Of a stretch of 64,000 nucleotides of DNA, positions 41,776-49,492 are shown piece after piece. Origin of the DNA: an uncultured Actinomycetes bacterium. Lineage in GTDB: Bacteria; Actinomycetota; UBA4738; HRBIN12. Below the pieces are notes generated by a model. That model had not been told where the DNA came from, ran no database searches, and was given only the letters and a program-made list of their open reading frames with translations. Position 1 is the first letter of the stretch, and every line of letters starts with the position of its first letter. Where the stretch lies: NCBI GenBank assembly GCA_963704725.1, contig OY969934.1, forward strand, positions 3,328,001 to 3,392,000, written 5' to 3'. The translations under genes were made by a program, and so were the position numbers.

Positions 41776-41852
41776 TGGAGCCGGAGCGGGGATTCGAACC
41801 CCGGACCTACCACTTACGAGGCGGTTGCTCTGCCAGGCTGAGCTACTCCGGC
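41776..41852 (-). tRNA. tRNA-Thr (anticodon CGT)
   Basis: GCCGGAG acceptor stem, TAGCTCAG..TGG D arm, loop CTCGTAA, GGTTCGAATCC T arm, encoded CCA. Confidence 0.96.
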
Positions 41853-41957
41853 GGTGCAGGCGAGTGTACCCAACGCCATCCGAGGTGCTTCCACCCGCGC
41901 CGTCCGGGTGGTGTCACGGCTGCCGGCCCACGACCCCTCTGCCATGATGCGGCGGTC

Positions 41958-44066
41958 ATGGCCGGGGGCAACGGGAGCCGAGGCGCGGCCGGGGTCGGGC
42001 GAGTCATGGTCGCGACCGACCGCTCCGAGACCGCCGATCGCGCCGTCCGCTGGGCCGCCGCGTTCGCGAACCGCTACGAGGCCGAGCTGCTCCTGCTCCA
42101 GGTCGTCCTGCCGCAGAACCCCGGCGCGACCGAGGGCGGGCAGGCCGAGGCCACCCGGGCGACCTTCGCCTCGGAGGAGCTGCGGCAGTTCGCGCAGGAG
42201 CTCGCCGGGACGCGAGGAAGGGCGCGCGTGGTCATGGACGACGACCCGGCCCGCGCGATCCTGCAGGTCGCGGAGGAGGCCGACGTCGACACGCTCGTCG
42301 TCGGCAACGCCGGCATGAGCGGACGCAAGGAGTTCCTCCTCGGCAACGTGCCGAACCGCATCAGCCACAACGCGCGCTGCACCGTGATCATCGTGAACAC
42401 GGCGCTGCTCGAGCCGGACGGCACCCAGCGCGCGCCGTCGATGCCGGGGACGGGCCGCCTCCCCCACGCGGTCGAGGCCGAGCCCGAACCCCACCTGGTG
42501 GGCCGCGCCACCCGCATCGGCTCGGTGATGGCCCGGCACGGCCTGAAGGAGCTGTTCACCAAGAGCGACCCCGACACCCACGCCAACCGGCGGCGCCAGG
42601 CGGAGCGACTCCGCGCCGGGATGGAGGAGCTCGGCCCCACGTTCGCCAAGCTGGGGCAGATCCTGTCCACCCGGCCCGACCTCATGTCGGCCGAGTTCAT
42701 CGAGGAGCTGGCCACCCTGCAGGACAGCGTGCCCCCGCTGTCCGAGTCGCAGGTGGTGGCGGTCATGGAGGAGGAGCTCGGCGTCCCGTGGGAGGACGTG
42801 TTCGAGTCGATCGAGCCCACGCCCATGGCGGCCGGGACGATCGCCGAGGTCCACCGGGCCACGCTCGCCGACGGCAGCCGCGTCGTCGTGAAGGTGCAGC
42901 GCCCCACGGCCCGCGAAGACATCATGCAGGACCTCGCGCTCCTCAAGCTCTTCGCGGAGAAGACCGAGTCGCGCCCGGCCTTCCGCCAGGTGATCGACAT
43001 GCCCGCGGTGTTCGAGCACCTGTCCGACTCGCTGCGGCGGGAGCTCGATTTCCGCCAGGAGGCCGGGAACATCGACCGCATGCGCGAGATCCTCCAGCCC
43101 TACCCGCGCCTGGACGCCCCCGCCGTCTACCACGACCTGTCGTCGGCTCGGCTCCTAGTGATGGAGGAGATCCAGGGCGCGCCGATCCGCATGGCGCCGC
43201 CCGGCAAGGAGCGCACGGAGGCGGCCCGCCAGCTGCTCGAGTCCTACTACGCGCAGATCCTCAGCGAGGGCTTCTTCCACGCCGACCCGCATCCCGGCAA
43301 CCTGATGTGGTGGAACGACAGGATCTACTTCCTCGACTTCGGGATGGTCGGCCAGCTCGGTCCGGAGATCCGCGAGAACCTCATGCTCCTGCTGATGGCG
43401 TTCTGGCAGGAGGACGTCCAGTTCCTGACCGACGTCACCTTGATGCTCGCCGGCGGATCGGAGCGGGCGGACCTCGACGTCCGCGCCTTCCAGGAGGAGC
43501 TGGGCGGCGTGATGGCCAAGTACCGCAACGTCTCCCTGCGCGAGATCCAGCTCGGTCCGATCCTGCAGGAGATCACCGAGATCTCGATCCGCCACGACGT
43601 CCCGCTGCCGGCGCAGCTCGCATTGACGGGCAAGGCCATGGCGCAGATGCAGCTCGCGACGGCCGAGCTCGACCCCGAGCTCGACCCGTTCGAGGTGGCC
43701 GGCTCGTACCTGATGCGCGGCGTGACGCGCCGCATGGTGGAGCGGGTCGATCCGAAGAAGCTGTTCTACGAGGCGCAGAAGGTGAAGGTGCGCCTGTCGC
43801 GCATCGCCGAGGCGTTCGAGCGCCTGGCCGGTGCCCGCCCCGGTCCCAAGCTGCAGGTGAACTTCACCGCAGAGCGGCTCGAGGACACCGTGCGGCGAGT
43901 GGGACGGCGGCTGGCGGTCGGCATCATGGCCGGCTCGGCGCTGCTCGGAACGGCGATCTCCGCCGCCTCCGACCGCGTCGCCGCGTGGGTCCCGGTGACG
44001 CTCGGCGTGGTCGGCGCGGGGTTCACGCTGCTGCTGATCGGGGATCTGCTCCGGAGGAAGCGGTAG
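41958..44066 (+). CDS. universal stress protein domain fused to ABC1/UbiB (AarF) atypical kinase
   Basis: Usp: VMVATDRSETA...VVGNAGMSGRKEFLLGNVPNRISHNARCTVIIV. ABC1: LGPTFAKLGQILSTRPD, VVVKVQRP, ELDF..EA, FFHADPHPGN, DFGMVG. Two C-terminal TMs. Confidence 0.92.
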   Translation: MAGGNGSRGAAGVGRVMVATDRSETADRAVRWAAAFANRYEAELLLLQVVLPQNPGATEGGQAEATRATFASEELRQFAQELAGTRGRARVVMDDDPARAILQVAEEADVDTLVVGNAGMSGRKEFLLGNVPNRISHNARCTVIIVNTALLEPDGTQRAPSMPGTGRLPHAVEAEPEPHLVGRATRIGSVMARHGLKELFTKSDPDTHANRRRQAERLRAGMEELGPTFAKLGQILSTRPDLMSAEFIEELATLQDSVPPLSESQVVAVMEEELGVPWEDVFESIEPTPMAAGTIAEVHRATLADGSRVVVKVQRPTAREDIMQDLALLKLFAEKTESRPAFRQVIDMPAVFEHLSDSLRRELDFRQEAGNIDRMREILQPYPRLDAPAVYHDLSSARLLVMEEIQGAPIRMAPPGKERTEAARQLLESYYAQILSEGFFHADPHPGNLMWWNDRIYFLDFGMVGQLGPEIRENLMLLLMAFWQEDVQFLTDVTLMLAGGSERADLDVRAFQEELGGVMAKYRNVSLREIQLGPILQEITEISIRHDVPLPAQLALTGKAMAQMQLATAELDPELDPFEVAGSYLMRGVTRRMVERVDPKKLFYEAQKVKVRLSRIAEAFERLAGARPGPKLQVNFTAERLEDTVRRVGRRLAVGIMAGSALLGTAISAASDRVAAWVPVTLGVVGAGFTLLLIGDLLRRKR

Positions 44067-44067
44067 G

Positions 44068-44244
44068 TCAGGCCGAGGGACGCCGTAGCTCGCTGGTCGT
44101 CTGATCGGCGATCGGGGTCCTCGGCGGGGCCTGCCCTCGCCGACGGATCGCCTTCAGCACCCGCCGCTCGATGATCCACGCCGCGACGCCGAACACCAGA
44201 CCGAGCACGAAGCGCTCGAACCGCCGCACCGCGCCGCGCGCCAT
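44068..44244 (-). CDS. small membrane protein (58 aa)
   Basis: ATG overlaps the kinase TGA. MARGAVRRFERFVLGLVFGVAAWIIERRVLKAIRR. Confidence 0.6.
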   Translation of the reverse strand: MARGAVRRFERFVLGLVFGVAAWIIERRVLKAIRRRGQAPPRTPIADQTTSELRRPSA

Positions 44245-46352
44245 CAAGCCGCCCCGACCGGGATCCGCCCCACGACCGACGTGCCTGCGTGCGGGGCGCT
44301 TCGGATCTCCACCTCGCCGTCGAGCGCCGCGACGCGGTCGGCGATGCCCTGGAGCCCGGTGCCGTGGCCGGCGCTTGCCGGATCGAATCCGACGCCGTCG
44401 TCGACGACCTCGAAGCGCAGGTGCCCGTCGTCGGCGCCGAGCCTGACGGCGACGCTCGTGGCGTCGGCGTACTTCGCTGCGTTCTGGAGCGCCTCCAGCA
44501 CGGAGAAGTACACGGCCGCCTCCACCTCCTGCGGGTACCGGACCACGCCGCCGGCCGAGACCTCGACGGGCAGGGCCGACTTGCGAGCCTGGGCCTCGAG
44601 CGCCGCGGCGAGCCCCCGGTCCGCCAGCAGCGGCGGGTAGATGCCGCGGGCCAGATCGCGCAGGTCGTCCAGGGTCTCGGTGGTGCGCGCCTGGAGATCG
44701 GCGAGCATCCCCGCCGCTCGGTCGGGGTCCGTGCCCACGAGCGACTGCGCCAGCCGGATCTGGACCGACATCGCGACGAGCTGCTGTTGCGCGCCGTCGT
44801 GGATGTTGCGCTCCAGCCGCCGGCGCTCCGCGTCCTGGGCCCTGACGAGCCGCTTCTGCGCCGCCTTGAGCTCGTCCAGCCGCTCGAGCAGCTCCTGCGT
44901 GAGCCGCACGTTGCGCAGGACCAGGCCGGCCTGGGCAGCCAGGTCCGAGACGAGCTTGGACTTCGCCTCGTCCAGGGGATCTGCGAGCGACATGGCGACG
45001 GCGAGCGCCCCGAGCAGCTCGCCGCGGTGCTCGACGGCGAACGCCGCGTCCGCGCCGGGCAGCGGCGGGAGCGCACCGCCGTTCAGCGAGACGGCCTCGG
45101 GCGGGTCGGCGCCCGCGGGCCAGGCCGCCGCGACGCGCAGGCGGCCGTCGTGCTCGAGCCACACCTGCGCCGAGGTCGCGCCGACGCCCTCGGCCACGAT
45201 GCGCGCCATCCGCGGGAGCACGTCGTCGGCCGCGTACGTCCCGCCCACGCGCTCCGAGAACTCCGAAAGCACCTCATAAGGGGTCGCGCGCCTCCCGTAC
45301 ACGATCCGGTCCGCGATGCGCCGGGCCCGGCCGAGCGCCGGCTGGAACAGCGCGGCGACGACGGCCGCCGCGGCGAACGAGAGCGCCGTCGTGCTGCGCG
45401 TCTGCACGAGCGCCCCGATCCCGCCGACGATCGCCGCGTAGACGGCCGTGAAGAACGCGGCGATGCTTGCGACCACGACGGCCTTGCGGACCACGAGGTC
45501 GATGTCGTACAGGCGGTACCGCAACACAGCGATGCCGATCGAGATCGGCAGGAGCGCGAAGAGGACGATCGAGATCGCCTGGAGCCACCCAACCCAGTTG
45601 CCGCCCTCCGCCCACCCGGCCGCCGAGGAGGCCGAGGCCACCATCGTCACGGCGTAGACGACGGCCACGACGGCGGCCGCGCTGGCGAGCCACCGGATCT
45701 GCAAACGCTCGGTGGGGCCGCTGCGCCGGAAGCGCACGACGAGCGCGGCGGCCGAGCCCAGGATCCCCAGCGGGATCGTGGCGATCGCGGCGAGCACGAC
45801 CGGGAGGAGCGGACGGAGGGCCTCGATCCCGTACGGGTTCGGAACGTTCGGGAAGCCGCTGTCCCCGAGATCCCCGGGTCCGAACAGGATCCCCAGCGAC
45901 GAGAGGACCATCCCGACCCCGATCGTCCAGGCGAACCACCGCCACCGCGGGGACGGCAGGTGCCCGTCGGGGAACAGCAGCAGCACGAACGTCCCGGCCA
46001 GCCCGATCACGGGGATCCACGTCCACGAGGTCGCCGCGAGCGCCCAGTCGCCCCCGGGACGACCGGTGTGGAGCGCCCACATGCCGTACGACTCCGCCGG
46101 GACGAACGCGGCGACGCCGATGGCCAGCATCAACCACCCGAGCGCGTTGTCCGGACGACGCGTCGCAAGGACCACGCCGACGATCGGGAAGAGCACGAAC
46201 GACCCGAGGAACGCGAAGTCGCCGACGCTCCCCGGGGCCCGGCCCCAGTCGAGCACACCGAAGACCACCTCGGCCACGAGCTCGACCAGAACGAGCGCGA
46301 AGACCGCACGGGCCAGTCCTCGCCTCCCGGTCTCGGTCACGAGATCGCTCAC
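44244..46352 (-). CDS. multi-TM sensor histidine kinase (GAF-like + HisKA_3 + HATPase)
   Basis: LLFPDG..PSPRWR, LRYRLYDID, ERNIHDGAQQQLVA, EALQNAAKYA, DDGVGFD. Confidence 0.92.
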   Translation of the reverse strand: MSDLVTETGRRGLARAVFALVLVELVAEVVFGVLDWGRAPGSVGDFAFLGSFVLFPIVGVVLATRRPDNALGWLMLAIGVAAFVPAESYGMWALHTGRPGGDWALAATSWTWIPVIGLAGTFVLLLFPDGHLPSPRWRWFAWTIGVGMVLSSLGILFGPGDLGDSGFPNVPNPYGIEALRPLLPVVLAAIATIPLGILGSAAALVVRFRRSGPTERLQIRWLASAAAVVAVVYAVTMVASASSAAGWAEGGNWVGWLQAISIVLFALLPISIGIAVLRYRLYDIDLVVRKAVVVASIAAFFTAVYAAIVGGIGALVQTRSTTALSFAAAAVVAALFQPALGRARRIADRIVYGRRATPYEVLSEFSERVGGTYAADDVLPRMARIVAEGVGATSAQVWLEHDGRLRVAAAWPAGADPPEAVSLNGGALPPLPGADAAFAVEHRGELLGALAVAMSLADPLDEAKSKLVSDLAAQAGLVLRNVRLTQELLERLDELKAAQKRLVRAQDAERRRLERNIHDGAQQQLVAMSVQIRLAQSLVGTDPDRAAGMLADLQARTTETLDDLRDLARGIYPPLLADRGLAAALEAQARKSALPVEVSAGGVVRYPQEVEAAVYFSVLEALQNAAKYADATSVAVRLGADDGHLRFEVVDDGVGFDPASAGHGTGLQGIADRVAALDGEVEIRSAPHAGTSVVGRIPVGAA

Positions 46353-47629
46353 ACCCCTGCGAGCACCCGGAAGACGTCCACCGACTCCGCGCGTCCCTTC
46401 ACCCGGCGCGGTCCGATGGGCTCCGCCGAGATGCCAGGCGCCGCGGCGACCGTCGCGGCGGTCGCCACGACCTCACCGCCCTCCGCCTCGGACTGGAGTC
46501 GCTGGGCCACGTTCACGGCATCGCCGATCACCGTGTACTCGAGCCGGCCGCCGCCGCCCACGGCTCCGGCGATGACCTTGCCGGTGTTCACCCCGACCCC
46601 GATGTGCAGGCCGTCCACCGCCCCCGGTCCCCAGCCCTCGGCGTTGAGCTCGGCCTGTCGCCCCTGCATCGCCAGCGCGCACCGCAGCGCCCGCTCGGCG
46701 TGGTCGGGCAAGGGGTCGGGCGCGCCGAACACCGCCATCACGGCGTCGCCCTGGAACTTGTCGACCATGCCGCCGTGCTCGACCACTATCTCGGCCATCG
46801 CCGAGAGGTGCCGCCCCACGATCTCGGCGATCTCGGCCGCGGACAGCCGCTCCGCCATCGTGGAGAACCCCCGGATGTCGCTGAACAGGACCGTGACCTC
46901 GAGCTCCTCACGCGAGACCTCGCCCCTCGCGAGCTTCTCGGCGACTCGGGCCGGGACGTACGAGGAGAGCGTCGCGGCGGCGGTCTGCTTGGCGACGACG
47001 GCTGCGTGGAGCCGCTTCATCTCGTCGACGGCGCTCGCGTCGCCGGAGCCGGCGCCGGCGGCCATCCGCGTGAACAGCTCGGTCACGCGCCGGTCCACCG
47101 CCTCCTGGGTGGTGGTCAGTCGGTCGGCCATCTCCGCGTATCCGAGCCCCTGCGACATCAGCTCGAGGAGCTCGCGATCGTGCTCGCCGGTCTCGCGTCG
47201 CCCGGACAGGCGCTCGGCGATCGCCGGATCGACGACGCTGCCGCCCGAGGCGACCTCCCGGATCGCCCGCACGAGCTCGTCGCCCTGCGCGATCCGGTCC
47301 TTCAAGAGATACCCGAGCCCGCTCTGGCCCCTTCCCAGGAGCGCGATCGCGTAGGCCTCCTCGTCGTGGGCGGACAGGACGACCACGCCGGTCCCGGGGT
47401 GCTTCTCCCGGATCGCGTGCGCGCAGTCGATGCCCTCCAGCTGGAAGTTGGGCGGCATCTTGATGTCGGTCACGACGACGTCCGGCCGGTGCTCCTCCGC
47501 CGCCTCGAGCAGCGCCGGGCCGTCGGCGGCCACCGCGACGACCTCGATGTCGTCGTACGAGTCGAGCAGCGCCCGGACGCCCTCGCGGACGAGCACGTTG
47601 TCCTCGCCGAGCACGACCCGAAGCGTCAT
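46349..47629 (-). CDS. response regulator-adenylate cyclase fusion (receiver + truncated LuxR HTH + class III cyclase)
   Basis: VVLGEDN, VVTDIKMPP, GYLLKDR. Cyclase motifs VLFSDIRGFS, DKFQGDAVMA, EYTVIGDAVNVAQRL. Confidence 0.9.
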   Translation of the reverse strand: MTLRVVLGEDNVLVREGVRALLDSYDDIEVVAVAADGPALLEAAEEHRPDVVVTDIKMPPNFQLEGIDCAHAIREKHPGTGVVVLSAHDEEAYAIALLGRGQSGLGYLLKDRIAQGDELVRAIREVASGGSVVDPAIAERLSGRRETGEHDRELLELMSQGLGYAEMADRLTTTQEAVDRRVTELFTRMAAGAGSGDASAVDEMKRLHAAVVAKQTAAATLSSYVPARVAEKLARGEVSREELEVTVLFSDIRGFSTMAERLSAAEIAEIVGRHLSAMAEIVVEHGGMVDKFQGDAVMAVFGAPDPLPDHAERALRCALAMQGRQAELNAEGWGPGAVDGLHIGVGVNTGKVIAGAVGGGGRLEYTVIGDAVNVAQRLQSEAEGGEVVATAATVAAAPGISAEPIGPRRVKGRAESVDVFRVLAGV

Positions 47630-47661
47630 GGCCCCCCCACCGTCGCGTGTACCATCCGCGC

Positions 47662-48333
47662 ATGGTCCGCGTGGTCTTCGCGGAGGATAACTACCTCGTG
47701 CGCGAGGGGACGGCCGCGCTCCTGCAGAGCTCCGACGAGGTCGAGCTCGTCGGCACGGCGGCCTCCCTCGACGAGCTCCTGACCGCCGTCGAGGAGCTGA
47801 AGCCCGAGGCCGTGCTCACCGACATCCGCATGCCCCCCACGAACACCACCGAGGGGATCGACGCAGCTCGGCAGATCCGCGTGGAACACCCCGAGATCGG
47901 CGTCGTCGTCCTGTCGCAGTACGCCGAGGAGGAGTACGCCTACGACCTGCTGAAGGACGGCGCCGCCGGGCTCGGCTACCTGCTCAAGGAGCGCGTCAGC
48001 GACCTCGACGAGGTCGTCCGAGCGCTGACCGAGGTCTCCAAGGGCGGCTCGGTCCTGGACTCCAAGGTGGTGGAGGCGCTCGTTTCGGCGAAGGACCGCA
48101 TGGCGCACTCGCCCCTTTCGCTCCTGACCGACCGCGAGCGCGAGGTCCTCGAGCATATGGCCCAGGGCCAGAACAACGCCGCGATCGCCAAGTCGCTGTT
48201 CCTCACCGAGCGTGCCGTCGAGAAGCACATCAACTCCCTGTTCCACAAGCTCGGGCTCTCGGAGGAGGTCGACGTGCATCGCCGCGTCAAGGCGGTGCTC
48301 GCGTTCCTCCGAGACCGCGAGCCGGCGAACTGA
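47662..48333 (+). CDS. NarL/LuxR family response regulator
   Basis: AEDNYLVREG, TDIRMPP, GYLLKERV, LTDREREVL..MAQG, VEKHINSLFHKLGL, HRRVKAVL. ATG is 6 nt after TACCAT. Confidence 0.93.
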   Translation: MVRVVFAEDNYLVREGTAALLQSSDEVELVGTAASLDELLTAVEELKPEAVLTDIRMPPTNTTEGIDAARQIRVEHPEIGVVVLSQYAEEEYAYDLLKDGAAGLGYLLKERVSDLDEVVRALTEVSKGGSVLDSKVVEALVSAKDRMAHSPLSLLTDREREVLEHMAQGQNNAAIAKSLFLTERAVEKHINSLFHKLGLSEEVDVHRRVKAVLAFLRDREPAN

Positions 48334-48360
48334 GCCCGACGCAAGCGGAGGGAGGAACGG

Positions 48361-48747
48361 ATGGGGGGCCGAGAGGTCGTCGAGCGGCTGGTCGAGGTGA
48401 TCAACGACAAGCGCATCGACCTGATGGACGAGGTCTTCCACGAGGACGCCGTGATGGACTGGCCGCAGTCGGGCGAACGGGTCGTCGGAGGAGACAACCG
48501 CCGAGGGGTATACCACGCGTTCCCCACCCTGCCCAGGATCACCCCCCGGCGGATCCTCGGCGAGGGCGACCTGTGGATCGCCGAGGCGACGCTCGACTAC
48601 GGCGGCGGAGCCGTCTACCAGACCGTCTTCATCTTCGAGATGCGGGACGGGAAGATCGCGAGGGAGACGGCGTACTGGTCCGAGCCGTTCGACGCGCCCG
48701 AGTGGCGGGCACCGTGGGTCGAGCGGTTCGAGCCCGGGCGCGGCTGA
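48361..48747 (+). CDS. SnoaL-like / NTF2 family protein
   Basis: FHEDAVMDWPQSGERV, FEMRDGKIARETAYW.EPF.APEWRA. Confidence 0.85.
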   Translation: MGGREVVERLVEVINDKRIDLMDEVFHEDAVMDWPQSGERVVGGDNRRGVYHAFPTLPRITPRRILGEGDLWIAEATLDYGGGAVYQTVFIFEMRDGKIARETAYWSEPFDAPEWRAPWVERFEPGRG

Positions 48748-48776
48748 GCGGATCCGGCTCGGCCGCCCGAGGTTCC

Positions 48777-49184
48777 TCACTGCGCCGCCCGGGTGTCCAC
48801 GATGAACACCGAGCACGGCGCGTGCCGAAGCACCAGGTTGGGCACGCTGTCCCGAACCCGCCACCACGATCCGTGCGTGCCCCGGTTGCCGACCACGATG
48901 GTGTCGACCCGCTCACGCTCCGCGACGTCGACGAGCCGATCCGCCGCCTCGCCGGACTCGCTCCAGGTGCGGACGGCCACGGCCGGGAAGCGCCCGGTCA
49001 TCCCGGAGAGGTACCGATCGGGGTCGGCCGACTTCTTCGGGTCGGCGGCGTCCCGCGTCGCCTCGGCGGCGCGCACGTGTACGACGAGAAGCTCCGCGTC
49101 GCCGGCCCGTGCGAGGTCCGCGGCCGCCTGCACGGCCAGGTCGGCGGCCGCCGTGGTGTCGGTTCCGACCAGGATCTTCTTCAT
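48777..49184 (-). CDS. universal stress protein (UspA family)
   Basis: MKKILVGTD, IVVGNRG, SVPNLVLRHAPCSVFIV. SD AAGGAGG. Confidence 0.9.
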   Translation of the reverse strand: MKKILVGTDTTAAADLAVQAAADLARAGDAELLVVHVRAAEATRDAADPKKSADPDRYLSGMTGRFPAVAVRTWSESGEAADRLVDVAERERVDTIVVGNRGTHGSWWRVRDSVPNLVLRHAPCSVFIVDTRAAQ

Positions 49185-49264
49185 CGGTGAGCCTCCTTCG
49201 AGGGATGACCCGACGGTAGGCCTCGCCGGGCTCCGACGCGACCGCATACCCACCACAAGCCGGT

Positions 49265-49282
49265 GGGGATGCCAGCACCCCG
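49265..49282. promoter_or_regulatory. palindromic operator GGGGATGC-CA-GCACCCCG upstream of the usp gene
   Basis: Shares the 12-mer GATGCCAGCACC with 54959-54976. Confidence 0.55.
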
Positions 49283-49492
49283 CGATGGGGAGGGAAAGGC
49301 CCTCGCCGTCGTGGCCGCCACCCTCTTGGACCCCCGCTCGGAGCGTGACAGCATCGCCCGCATGAGGCGGGGGAGGGTGCGGGCACTGGCCGGGGGGACG
49401 TTCTTCGTCTCCGTGCTGCTGTCGGCCGGCGCGGCGGCACCGGGCAAGGGGGCCGTCGTCCGCGTTCGCGCGCCTGCAGGGGAGCGCTCGGC

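Larger units (their letters stand above)
35787..41852. mobile_element. degenerate genomic island at tRNA-Thr(CGT); no integrase visible
   Basis: Flanked by the intact tRNA and a duplicate of its 3' half. Cargo is hypothetical or decayed genes. Confidence 0.75.
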
